From: Deltaproteobacteria bacterium
GTDB lineage: Bacteria; Desulfobacterota; GWC2-55-46; UBA9637
Direction of reading: 5' to 3'
Assembly (NCBI GenBank): GCA_016219285.1
Contig: JACRNJ010000051.1
Coordinates: 5,620-69,619 of the forward strand
DNA: 64,000 bases
Shown: in pieces, positions 11,072 through 20,345 of the stretch
Numbering within the stretch: the stretch's first letter is position 1
Layout of the letters: each line of letters starts with the position of its first letter
Notes under the pieces: model-generated
Database searches by the model: none
What the model was told of the DNA's origin: nothing
Seen by the model: only the letters and a program-made list of their open reading frames with translations
Program-made: the position numbers and the translations under genes

Positions 11072-12664
11072 CTAACCCTTTTTTATTGGTTTGACAACTT
11101 GCTTCTTCTCGTCTTTATAAAGTTTATACTCAAGGCTATCCACAAGCGCCTGCCAGCTTGCCTCAATCACATTTTGAGATACACCGACAGTCCCCCATTT
11201 TTCCTTGCCGTCTCCTGATTCCACCAGAACCCTGACTGATGCGGCAGTGCCTTTGCCTGCCGTCAATACCCTGACCTTAAAGTCAAGAAGCTCCACATCT
11301 TTTATATTGGGATAAAATTTCTCAAGCGCCTTTCTCAGCGCATTATCCAGGGCATTCACCGGGCCATTGCCCTCGCTGGCTGTATGTTCAACCTTTCCGT
11401 CAACCTCAAGTTTTATCGCAGCCTCAGCATGAGGATATTCCCCCTCTTTCCTTTTTTCATCAATCACCCTGAAACCGAGGAGTTTGAAATACCGCCTCCT
11501 TGCCTTCAATGCCTTCTGGATAAGGAGTTCAAACGATGCCTCTGCGCCTTCATACTGGAAGCCCTGGTGCTCCAACTCCTTGAGGGTTTTTAGTATGTTT
11601 TGGACAATCGGGTCTTTGCTTTTCAGGTCGATGCCGAACTCCTGCGCCTTATACAATATATTTGATTTGCCGGAAAGGTCGGAGACCAAAACCCTCTGGT
11701 GATTGCCGACCAAATCAGGTTTGATATGTTCATAGGTTTCCTGCCTTTTTAAAACCGCACTTACATGCACGCCGCCTTTGTGCGCAAAGGCGCTTTCCCC
11801 GACATAGGCCTGATGCTTATTATGCTGGAGGTTTGCCAATTCATACACAAAGCGGGAGGTCTCTCTGAGTTTTCTGAGATGTTCTGAGCTTATACAGTCA
11901 ATCCCCATCTTCAATTTGAGGTTCGGAATAATAGAGCAGAGATTGGCGTTGCCGCACCGTTCACCGAAACCGTTGATAGTGCCGTGAACCTGGACAGCTC
12001 CTTCTTTTACTGCAAGGATGGAGTTCGCCACAGCGGTCTCGGAATCGTTGTGCGCATGTATGCCAAGAGGTGTATTGATGTGATGCTTTACATCCCTGAA
12101 TATCTCAATCAACTCATCCGGCAGTGTGCCGCCGTTGGTATCGCATAAGACAAGACACTCTGCGCCAGCCTCTTCTGCGGCCTTGAGTGTCTTTAATGCG
12201 TATTCGGGATTTGATTTGTAGCCGTCAAAGAAATGCTCTGCATCGTAAAACACCTCGTCCACCCGTTCTCGCAGATAAAGAACTGAATCATAGATGAGGT
12301 CAAGATTTTCTTCGGGAGATATTTTCAGGGCCTCTTGCACATGCATATCCCATGCTTTGCCGAATATGGTTATAACCGCAGTGCCGGCCTTTAAAAGCGC
12401 TTTAATATTTGCGTCATCTTTGGCCTTTGCGCCGGCCCTCTTCGTGCTTCCGAATGCAACCAGTTGCGCAGATACCATTTTTACTGAGAGCATCTCCTTA
12501 AAAAACTTAACATCACGCGGATTTGACCCCGGCCAGCCCCCTTCAATATAGTGGATGCCAAGTTCATCCAGCTTTTGCGCAATCCGCACCTTATCCTCGA
12601 CAGAGAAATTTATATCCTCTGCCTGAGTGCCGTCCCGCAACGTTGTGTCGTAGAGCTTTAGCAT
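11072..12664 (-). CDS. cimA: (R)-citramalate synthase of the 2-isopropylmalate synthase family.
   Basis: N-terminus [48 protein letters not shown]. 530 aa with a LeuA-type C-terminal regulatory domain. Confidence 0.75.
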   Translation of the reverse strand: MLKLYDTTLRDGTQAEDINFSVEDKVRIAQKLDELGIHYIEGGWPGSNPRDVKFFKEMLSVKMVSAQLVAFGSTKRAGAKAKDDANIKALLKAGTAVITIFGKAWDMHVQEALKISPEENLDLIYDSVLYLRERVDEVFYDAEHFFDGYKSNPEYALKTLKAAEEAGAECLVLCDTNGGTLPDELIEIFRDVKHHINTPLGIHAHNDSETAVANSILAVKEGAVQVHGTINGFGERCGNANLCSIIPNLKLKMGIDCISSEHLRKLRETSRFVYELANLQHNKHQAYVGESAFAHKGGVHVSAVLKRQETYEHIKPDLVGNHQRVLVSDLSGKSNILYKAQEFGIDLKSKDPIVQNILKTLKELEHQGFQYEGAEASFELLIQKALKARRRYFKLLGFRVIDEKRKEGEYPHAEAAIKLEVDGKVEHTASEGNGPVNALDNALRKALEKFYPNIKDVELLDFKVRVLTAGKGTAASVRVLVESGDGKEKWGTVGVSQNVIEASWQALVDSLEYKLYKDEKKQVVKPIKKG

Positions 12665-12667
12665 CTG

Positions 12668-13606
12668 TTATAATTCCTCTTTTACCGCTGCTGCCAAAAG
12701 CGGCACCATAATCTCATGGTGGCCTGTTAATGTGTAGCCTTTGCCGCCTTTCTTTGTAGGCCTTCTGACAACATTGGTCAAAGGCCGGTAGTGCTGGATA
12801 AAGTCCATGTTCACGGTGGTAAATTTTTCAACTTTATGGCCGAGATTTCTGACCAAGGTCAATGCCTTTAAAAATATCTCCGGCAAAAGCACTGCTGACC
12901 CAATATTCAAATAAACCCCGCCTTCAAGGTTTGCCACCACACCGGCAAATAATTTAAAATCCCTGCTGCTCCCCTCCCCTGTTGCCTTTCCATCCATCTG
13001 CGGATGGATATGGATTATATCGGTGCCTATTGCGACATGCACGGTTACCGGAATGTCAAGCCTGGCACCTGCCGCCAATATGCTTAAATCCTTATACGGA
13101 TATTTTGAATTGTTTATCAGCTCGCCCACTGATTTTCCAATGCCCCAGCCTTTTTTCACGCCGCTCTTTATAGCATTGTTCAAGAGCTTCCCCGTCTCTT
13201 CTGACATGCCGAACTTTCCCGCGCCAATCTCGGCATCCACATCCTCCGATGTCATCCCTGCGAAGGCAATTTCAAAATCATGGACAATACATGCGCCGTT
13301 CATTGCAACAGCATTTATTACCCCTATCTCCATCAAATCAATAATAACAGGGTTCAAACCTACCTTTATCACATGGGCGCCAATACCAACAGCCACGGTC
13401 TTATTGTTTTTATGGCTTGCAACAATGGAGGATGCAATCTGTTTCAGATTTTCTGCTGCAAGGATATGAGGAAGCGAGTTCAGAAAATCTTTAAAGGTCT
13501 TGTTGTGTGTTATAGGTTTCGCGAAGGCATTAATACCAACCTTGCTTTTTCTTGTTTTTAAGGAATAGGTTTTTAAATTGGACGAAGAAATTGGTTTGAA
13601 TTTCAC
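12668..13606 (-). CDS. Deoxyhypusine synthase-like family protein, function unknown.
   Basis: Segment INAVAMNGACIVHDFE resembles the DHS TT.GAIEHD region. Rossmann-like GIGAHVIKVG present. Confidence 0.35.
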   Translation of the reverse strand: MKFKPISSSNLKTYSLKTRKSKVGINAFAKPITHNKTFKDFLNSLPHILAAENLKQIASSIVASHKNNKTVAVGIGAHVIKVGLNPVIIDLMEIGVINAVAMNGACIVHDFEIAFAGMTSEDVDAEIGAGKFGMSEETGKLLNNAIKSGVKKGWGIGKSVGELINNSKYPYKDLSILAAGARLDIPVTVHVAIGTDIIHIHPQMDGKATGEGSSRDFKLFAGVVANLEGGVYLNIGSAVLLPEIFLKALTLVRNLGHKVEKFTTVNMDFIQHYRPLTNVVRRPTKKGGKGYTLTGHHEIMVPLLAAAVKEEL

Positions 13607-13841
13607 TTTTAACCCTCAGCAAAAACTAAATTTGAAGTGGCACAATAAAAATTTCAGGTGAAACCCTCACGAGCCTTGGCTCACAAAGGAGGATTAAAAT
13701 TATTGCAGGCACGGTTTTAACCGTGCCATATTGCACGAATAAATTCGCGCCTACAGGGTTTGCGGAAGGGCATTTTCGGGACAAAAGCAGAGCAAGCCGC
13801 AGATGCAGCTTTACAGATGAGCTTTTTACTATGTTATACTT

Positions 13842-14426
13842 TTAATCCTTGGACATCCCTTGAAAAAGAATATGGTCTACCAATTCGCAGATTATATGTC
13901 CTGCAGTAATATGAACCTCTTGAATCCTTGCGGTAACATCAGAGTCAGCATTCAGGAGTATATCCACTATCTTGGCCATCCTGCCTCCTCCTTTGCCCGT
14001 CAGGCCTATGGTTTTAATACCCATGTCTCTTGCTACCTTTACGGCCAGAATAACATTGTTGGAATCGCCGCTTGTGGATATGGCCAGCAAAACGTCGCCC
14101 TCTTTGCCAATCGCCTTTACCTGTTTTGAAAATATCTGTTCAAAGGCATAATCATTTCCAATACTGGTTATAATGGATGTGTCAGTGGAAAGGGCAACTG
14201 CAGGAAGCGGCGGCCTTTCAATCATAAACCTGTTTACAAATTCTGCTGAAAGATGCTGGGCATCCGCAGCGCTGCCTCCATTGCCGCAGATAAGCAGTTT
14301 ATTGCCGGCCTTGAATGTGTCAGCAATTAGCTCTGCGCACTGGATAACCAACTGCGTGTTTTGTTTGAAGAATGCCTCTTTGAGGTAAATACTCTCTTTA
14401 TAACTTTTTGTAATGACTGCCTTCAT
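13842..14426 (-). CDS. gmhA: SIS-domain phosphoheptose isomerase GmhA (DiaA-like).
   Basis: LLICGNGGSAADAQHLSAEF...AISTSGDSNNV are SIS motifs. Confidence 0.75.
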   Translation of the reverse strand: MKAVITKSYKESIYLKEAFFKQNTQLVIQCAELIADTFKAGNKLLICGNGGSAADAQHLSAEFVNRFMIERPPLPAVALSTDTSIITSIGNDYAFEQIFSKQVKAIGKEGDVLLAISTSGDSNNVILAVKVARDMGIKTIGLTGKGGGRMAKIVDILLNADSDVTARIQEVHITAGHIICELVDHILFQGMSKD

Positions 14427-14493
14427 ATCAACTCACCAGAAATTTACTTTAGCAAAACATATAATTTGTCAAGGGTCAAGGAAATATTTGCAT

Positions 14494-14519
14494 AAAAAAA
14501 TCAATGTCTATTTTCGGGG
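14494..14519. repeat. Copy of the ~26 nt hairpin motif AAAAATCAATGTCTATTTTCGGGG, adjacent to a TTTGTCAAGGG box, upstream of gmhA.
   Basis: Direct reading. Same motif seen at 24243, 25861, 36395, 37069, 38641, 41121 and 54261. Confidence 0.5.
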
Positions 14520-14884
14520 CAGGTTTTTCTCTTGAAAAGCAGTGGTGAGGTTTTGGTGGAGAGCTATGAACGGTGCGCTGTCCATAGATAAATTGATGGA
14601 AAAAGAAGGCGAGTTGTTTGGCAATAGCGATGAAAAAGTTGGCAGGTCTAAGTTTGCTTTATTCCCAAATGAACAGGGCAATATCTCAAAGGCGCTGGCG
14701 GTCTTCGCTTCAAAGGTTGAAAAGATTGTGGAGAGACAGAATGACGGGGACGGAAGGACATAAGGCGTACTTTTATAAGGATTTCATAACGGGACAAGTC
14801 ATCAAGAAATCAAGAAATATGATTCTTTATTTCTTGACAATGATTTTCTTGTTATGGTAACCCTTATGTGGAGGTTCACTGACT

Positions 14885-15124
14885 ATGAAGATAAAAGTAG
14901 GCACTGTTATGGATGAGGACATGGTATTCAAGGTAAAGGAGGCCGCCCTTACCCAGAGGAAGACTTTGAGCCAGATACTGGAAGATGCCTTGAAGGTTTA
15001 TCTGCAAGGACTGGAAAAGAAGGAAAAGAAGAAAAACCTGGCGCAGGATACCAGCGGGATAATGAAGATATCCAAGAAGGACCTTAAGGCAGTAATGGAA
15101 GAGAAAGGACTCTATGAGGCTTAG
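14885..15124 (+). CDS. Antitoxin-like small protein (VapB-like), partner of the downstream PIN protein.
   Basis: 79 aa, charged. The stop overlaps the start of the PIN gene. Typical type II TA organisation. Confidence 0.5.
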   Translation: MKIKVGTVMDEDMVFKVKEAALTQRKTLSQILEDALKVYLQGLEKKEKKKNLAQDTSGIMKISKKDLKAVMEEKGLYEA

Positions 15125-15617
15125 CAATATCAAGAGAGACGCTAATGTATTCATTGACGCAAATATCTTCATATATCACTTTACAGGCGCATCCAAAGAA
15201 TGCAGTGAGTTCCTGAAGAGATGCGAGCAAGGTGAGGTCTCCGGCATGACCTCTGTCATCGCCCTTCTTGAGGTGCTCCATAGATTGATGATGGTTGAAG
15301 CAGTCGGGAAAAAATTGGCGGCTCCGCCCAATATTGTTAAAAAACTTCAAAAACACCCGGAAAAAATTAAACAGTTAAAGGATTACTACTTGAATACCCG
15401 AAAGATTGCGGATATGGGGATAATCATCAAGCCGCTTACCTTTGAGACTGCGGAAAAGAGCAATTCATTCAGGACAGAATACGGCCTTATGGTAAATGAT
15501 TCAATCATTGCGGCAGGCATGGCGGAAGAGGGGATGGATTCTTTGGCGAGCAATGATGACGGATTCAGAAAAATCGGCAAATTTAAGGTCTATAGCCCTG
15601 GGGATGTGGAATTATAA
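15114..15617 (+). CDS. vapC: PIN-domain toxin (VapC family).
   Basis: VFIDANIFIY...D...NDSIIAAGMAEEGMDSLASND shows the PIN acidic residues. 167 aa, slightly long for VapC. Confidence 0.65.
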   Translation: MRLSNIKRDANVFIDANIFIYHFTGASKECSEFLKRCEQGEVSGMTSVIALLEVLHRLMMVEAVGKKLAAPPNIVKKLQKHPEKIKQLKDYYLNTRKIADMGIIIKPLTFETAEKSNSFRTEYGLMVNDSIIAAGMAEEGMDSLASNDDGFRKIGKFKVYSPGDVEL

Positions 15618-15797
15618 ATGCAGCAAAAGGGAAAGGTTGTTGTGGCAGTATCCGGAGAAAGGTCTATGAGCAAGTTCTTAAAAAGAAGGGCTGATAAATA
15701 TATACTGATAGACGATAACCAGACAGAAAAACACAAGCCGTATTTTTACCGGAATTTTTTGCGTTAAGGTTAAAACAAAATAACGGAGGCGGAAGTT

Positions 15798-16967
15798 ATG
15801 CTGGAGATTAAAAGCGGTAATCCATCAGATGCAGATGCCCCTGCATCGTATAACCGTTTTGTCCTTCCATTTGCTTATAATCTTGAAAAAATCACTTCTA
15901 AAGAAAAACAGAATCAATATTATGTCGCTGAAAATGATCCAGATAAAATCTGGAGGGAAAGATATCTAACCGAAGAAACTGCCGATGTTCTATTCCAGCG
16001 GACAAAATGGTTTGCATTGCAAAGCGATAACAAAGATCTGAAGTTTGACATACCAAAGACGGATGGCACTGGTTTTCTTACCGTCTGCATGAATCCTCCG
16101 AGGCTAGTGTTGTTTGAATGGCCTAAAAACATTGAAAACAGAAAAAAGGAAGAGGAAAAAAATACAGACTTGTTGCATACAGGTTTTCTTATTATAGAAC
16201 TTTACTTTGATAAGAGCGATGGAAATTGCCCAACACTGGATGACATGCTCAAGCTAAATGAAATGGAGTTTGATAAACAGGTCAAAGGCAATCGTTTTTC
16301 AATGCTGGCTGATTTGCTTGATAAGATGAAAGGTAACAAAGATTGGATGAATGGTGGTGAGTATCGTATAGAAACATTACTCTGGGGCGGCGACGAATTG
16401 ATGTGGGTTGTTCCTGCATGGAAGGGCTGGGAGACGCTTCAGTTCTTTTATGAGCAGTCAGGAACATGGGAGTTTACTAATACCAAAGGAGGGAAAGCCC
16501 CTCTTAAACATGCTGGCGGTCTGGTATTCTGTCATCACAATGCGCCTATCTACAGGATAAAGGATTTGGCAAGGAGGCTATCGGAGGCGGCAAAGAAGGA
16601 CAAATCCGGAAATCTGTTTGCCTATCAGGTATTGGAATCTTTTGACCATATCAGTAATGATTTCGACAAAATCCGCAAAAGTCAGGCTATAGGCGGTGAT
16701 GCGAATACTTTGATATTGGACGGGAAAGACATAGAAAATATCAGCAACAATATTAAGGCTCTCAAAGACAACGAATTTCCTAAAAATAAACTGCATGAGA
16801 TAACAAAGAGACTGAGAAATGGCGGGGATGCAAAGGATTTAATTGAAAAAGCCATAAAAGGATTATTAGTTGCCACGCAAACAGCGCTTGATAAACTCAA
16901 GGGTGATTGTAACGGCGACAACCCCAAATGGGGACATATCGCCGACCTGTGGGATTATATAGTCTAA
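15798..16967 (+). CDS. Miniature Cas10-like cyclase/palm-domain protein with intact GGDE motif. No HD domain and no second palm.
   Basis: RIETLLWGGDELMWVVPAW matches the Cas10 GGDD..h..GAW motif. Downstream AGGLVFCHHNAPIYRIKDLARRLSEAAKK matches the Cas10 SAGI.I.HHK.PLY..L..A..LL..AK segment. Helical C-terminal ~130 aa. Confidence 0.55.
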   Translation: MLEIKSGNPSDADAPASYNRFVLPFAYNLEKITSKEKQNQYYVAENDPDKIWRERYLTEETADVLFQRTKWFALQSDNKDLKFDIPKTDGTGFLTVCMNPPRLVLFEWPKNIENRKKEEEKNTDLLHTGFLIIELYFDKSDGNCPTLDDMLKLNEMEFDKQVKGNRFSMLADLLDKMKGNKDWMNGGEYRIETLLWGGDELMWVVPAWKGWETLQFFYEQSGTWEFTNTKGGKAPLKHAGGLVFCHHNAPIYRIKDLARRLSEAAKKDKSGNLFAYQVLESFDHISNDFDKIRKSQAIGGDANTLILDGKDIENISNNIKALKDNEFPKNKLHEITKRLRNGGDAKDLIEKAIKGLLVATQTALDKLKGDCNGDNPKWGHIADLWDYIV

Positions 16968-16986
16968 AAAAGGACAGGAGAAAATT

Positions 16987-18879
16987 ATGTTTAACATAAC
17001 ATTGACTGTAACCCTGACACTTGAAGGGCCGATACTCACCAAATCCACATCCATGGGTGGATACGGGTTGGATGCTGTAATGGCAAAAAATCATAACGGA
17101 GAATATTATCTGCCGGGCACATTGGTAAAAGGCAGGCTACTGCAGGCATGGCAGGAACTGCATGATGTGGTTGGCTCTGATTATAAAACATTGCTTGATG
17201 TAGATAAGCAGCTTGATGATTTTGCTAATTTGTGGCTCGGTAAAAAAAGTGGAAGCAGGAAAGACAGAGGGGCTGTTGATTCTTATAGGACAAAGATTCA
17301 TTTTACTGATTTTATCTATGCACCAGAAGCCAAAGCAGGCAGTACTCTTCATCGTATCCATATAGATAAGGATAGAGGTTCTGTAATAAAGGGAGCATTA
17401 TTAGTTATGGAAGCCCCCTTTGCAGTAGGTGAAGAAGTTGCATTTAAAGGGTCTATCAGTTTTACAACAATAAACAATGCCGAAGCTGCTGCGGTTAAGA
17501 AATGCGTGGATATTGGCTTAAAATGGATACCCAACTTTGGTAGTGAAAAGACCGTAGGTTTTGGGCGCCTCGTTAGAGTGTCAATAGATGAAAAATCTTT
17601 TCAAATTGTAGATGCTCACAGCGATGCATTGGGGAAAGAATTTCTGTACATCATTATCAACCCAGAAGCCCCCTTTTGTTTTGCCAAACGGCAGGTGAGC
17701 GATAACCTGTTCGAGTCGGAAGATATAATATCCGGTGGAGCAATCAAAGGAGCATTGGCGAGTACATGGGCAGGATTACTCGGCAAAAGCGGACATATTG
17801 AAATCACGAATGGTTTTGATAATAACAGGAAAGAATTGTCAGAGCATTTTCATGAAATCCGTATTACGCACGCATTCCCTATGCCTGTTGAAAGGAATGA
17901 GCGGCCTGTTGTTGCCCCGCTTTCATTAGCTAAGGTAAAAAAGAACGAAGAAGAAAAGGAGATTAAAGCCAATTATGATGTTGCTTTTGAGAAGGAGGCA
18001 AGATTGATTAATGGCTTTCCCGATAATGCCCCTGCTTTTGCCGTTGACTGGAAGGATAGCACAGATATAGAAAAAATCTTTGGTTGGGATGATAAGCCAA
18101 AGCGCGAACTGCGTGTCCGAACAGCGATGGATAGAGAAAGGCGTAAATCTAAAGATAAAGAGTTATTCGCTTATGAAATGGTTATCCCAACAGGCTTTAA
18201 GTGGGTGAGCCGAATTGACTTGAGCCGAATTACAGATGCAACAATTCGGGCAAAGGTGGAAGCCCAGCTCCGTCAACTTTTATCTCTGGGATTGATTGGA
18301 ATGAGCAAGAACAAAATATCGGCAAAAGTTGAGCCTGCTGATACTCATATAGAAAATAAAATAAAATCTGTCTGTGAACCTATAAACAGAAACGGACAGA
18401 AATATTGGGTAATCACTCTCCAAACTCCGGCAATCCTGTGTAATCCAACTGAGCTTAATGAAATAAGCACCAGTGAGGATTTATTTAATAATTATAAAAA
18501 AGTCTGGGACAAATTATCCAGTAGCACATTGGAATTATCCCATTTCTTTGCTACACAGTCTTTGGCAGGCGGTTACTATCTGCATAAGCGGTTTCAGGAC
18601 GGAAAGCCATATCGTCCTTATCTGCTGACAAACGCAGGCTCTGTATTTGTCTTTACTGAAAAAAGGGATGCAAAGGGCGTAATAGAAAAATGGCTGAAAA
18701 ACGGGTTGGATTTCCCACAGTGGGCAAAAAAAGAGTATGGTAAAGACGGAAAAGAAGACGGTGAATGCTGGCAAAACTGTCCCTATATCCCTGAAAACGG
18801 CTATGGTGAGATTGCTGTAAATATCCATCAGTCTTATTCGAATAATGCGGAAGGGGAGGTGAAAATCAATGTCCTTTAA
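16987..18879 (+). CDS. Fused double-RAMP protein (Cas7/Cas5 superfamily, two RRM-like domains).
   Basis: YYLPGTLVKGRL and ISGGAIKGALAS are RAMP P(G/S)xxKG-type loops. G-rich loops GSEKTVGFGRL and LGLIGM. C-terminal CWQNC. Confidence 0.55.
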   Translation: MFNITLTVTLTLEGPILTKSTSMGGYGLDAVMAKNHNGEYYLPGTLVKGRLLQAWQELHDVVGSDYKTLLDVDKQLDDFANLWLGKKSGSRKDRGAVDSYRTKIHFTDFIYAPEAKAGSTLHRIHIDKDRGSVIKGALLVMEAPFAVGEEVAFKGSISFTTINNAEAAAVKKCVDIGLKWIPNFGSEKTVGFGRLVRVSIDEKSFQIVDAHSDALGKEFLYIIINPEAPFCFAKRQVSDNLFESEDIISGGAIKGALASTWAGLLGKSGHIEITNGFDNNRKELSEHFHEIRITHAFPMPVERNERPVVAPLSLAKVKKNEEEKEIKANYDVAFEKEARLINGFPDNAPAFAVDWKDSTDIEKIFGWDDKPKRELRVRTAMDRERRKSKDKELFAYEMVIPTGFKWVSRIDLSRITDATIRAKVEAQLRQLLSLGLIGMSKNKISAKVEPADTHIENKIKSVCEPINRNGQKYWVITLQTPAILCNPTELNEISTSEDLFNNYKKVWDKLSSSTLELSHFFATQSLAGGYYLHKRFQDGKPYRPYLLTNAGSVFVFTEKRDAKGVIEKWLKNGLDFPQWAKKEYGKDGKEDGECWQNCPYIPENGYGEIAVNIHQSYSNNAEGEVKINVL

Positions 18880-20248
18880 AAATCGCTGGCGTATTGAGGG
18901 TATGCTCACTACTATAAGCCCGCTCCATATTGGCAGCGGGGATACTACAACCCGTGACAAAATATTAGACGAGAAGAAAAAAAAGAAAGCAGATATAGCA
19001 GCGGTTGCAACCGACCACGAAAACAAGCCGTATCTCCCCGGCTCAACACTGAAAGGCAATCTGCGTGCTTATCTTCGAAATAACGGACAGGATAAAAATG
19101 TTATAGATAAATTATTCGGTGCTGAAGACCCCAAGGCCAAAGATAGCTGCGGCGGGGCATTGGAGTTTTGGAATGTGAGGGTTGTTGATATGTCATCAAC
19201 ATTTGATGGGAAGAATGTCCCATACTGGTGTAAAGACCGCCTAACAGGAGTTACCGCATCTGCGGTCATAGACAGGCAGACCCGCACAGCAGCGAACCAG
19301 AAACTCTTTTACACTGAATATGTACCGAAGGGGATAGAGTTTAATGTCGTTATCACAGGGCAGGATTTGGATGATAAGGAAATTGCATTACTCATACATG
19401 CCCTGAATGGTTTCAAAGATGGCGGAGTTAATCTCGGCGCGGGGGAGGCGGATAACTGGGGTGGGTTTAGTTGGGAGTTAGAAACGGTCAAATGTATAGA
19501 GACGGATGATATTAAAAAGTGGCTTGCTAACCCTGATACTGTTGGGTATGAGATGATTAGTAATATAGGTAGAGATAAAAAAACAGATGTTGAATATATT
19601 GAAAAGCAACTAAAGCAATCCAAACCGGATATACTGTCACTTGCTTTTACTTTGACTTTTGATAGCTCATTTTTGGTAAACGATACAAGCAGGGACAGGG
19701 ATGCTAAAGATGGCACTGGTAAGAAAAAATTTGCTGACCACTACCCGCTTACAGATACAAGTGGGAAAGTGATACTCCCTTCAAAGTCTATCAGAGGGGC
19801 ATTCCGAAGTCAGGCGGAGCGGATACTGCGGACTATCGGTGGCGGGCAAGCTGCCTGTATAGACCACGAAAAAGCTGAAAGAAAAGCCTGCCCTTCAGTT
19901 TATGAAGTTGAAAAAGTTAAGGATAGTTGCCCCGCCTGTCAGGTTTTTGGATTATCCGGCTGGCGTTCTCCTGTGCAGTTCAGCGATTTTACCTATGTTA
20001 AGAATGGTGGAATAAAACGGCAACAGTTTGTTGCCATTGACAGATTTACCGGCGGCGGTGTTGACAGGGCGAAATTTGATGCAGATTATGCAGACCGTCC
20101 GGTATTGGAAGGTACTATTGCCATAGATATGACAAGATTGAGAAAAACGAAAGCGATAGGCTGGGGGCTTGGACTGGTTGCCTTGACTCTGCGAGACATG
20201 ATAGAGGGTGATGTTACTTTGGGTCTGGGCACATCTAAGGGTTACTGA
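18869..20248 (+). CDS. Fused double Cas7 (Csm3/Cmr4-like) protein with treble-clef zinc finger.
   Basis: ISPLHIGSGD...PYLPGSTLKGNLRAYL is a classic Csm3/Cmr4 N-terminus. Second domain ILPSKSIRGAFRS. C-x-C...CPAC-QVFG zinc finger. G-rich loop LGLGTSKGY. 11 nt overlap with the upstream gene. Confidence 0.65.
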   Translation: MSFKNRWRIEGMLTTISPLHIGSGDTTTRDKILDEKKKKKADIAAVATDHENKPYLPGSTLKGNLRAYLRNNGQDKNVIDKLFGAEDPKAKDSCGGALEFWNVRVVDMSSTFDGKNVPYWCKDRLTGVTASAVIDRQTRTAANQKLFYTEYVPKGIEFNVVITGQDLDDKEIALLIHALNGFKDGGVNLGAGEADNWGGFSWELETVKCIETDDIKKWLANPDTVGYEMISNIGRDKKTDVEYIEKQLKQSKPDILSLAFTLTFDSSFLVNDTSRDRDAKDGTGKKKFADHYPLTDTSGKVILPSKSIRGAFRSQAERILRTIGGGQAACIDHEKAERKACPSVYEVEKVKDSCPACQVFGLSGWRSPVQFSDFTYVKNGGIKRQQFVAIDRFTGGGVDRAKFDADYADRPVLEGTIAIDMTRLRKTKAIGWGLGLVALTLRDMIEGDVTLGLGTSKGY

Positions 20249-20345
20249 ACCTGTACAGTAAAAATTAAAGATAGTGATTTTAATATATTGAAAGAGAAAT
20301 TAAAGGAATGTCCTGATTGGTATAAAAACTTACTTAAATTTTTGT

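Noticed and set aside
13023-13469. 148 aa + strand ORF antisense to the DHS-like gene.
   Set aside because: Fully contained antisense. Ser/Thr/Pro-rich, typical of spurious antisense frames.
14542-14860. Two overlapping small + strand ORFs (73 and 80 aa) between gmhA and the VapB-like gene.
   Set aside because: No motifs and mutually overlapping frames. The region more likely holds promoter elements (TTTGTCAAGGG plus hairpin motif). Kept only as low-probability small proteins.
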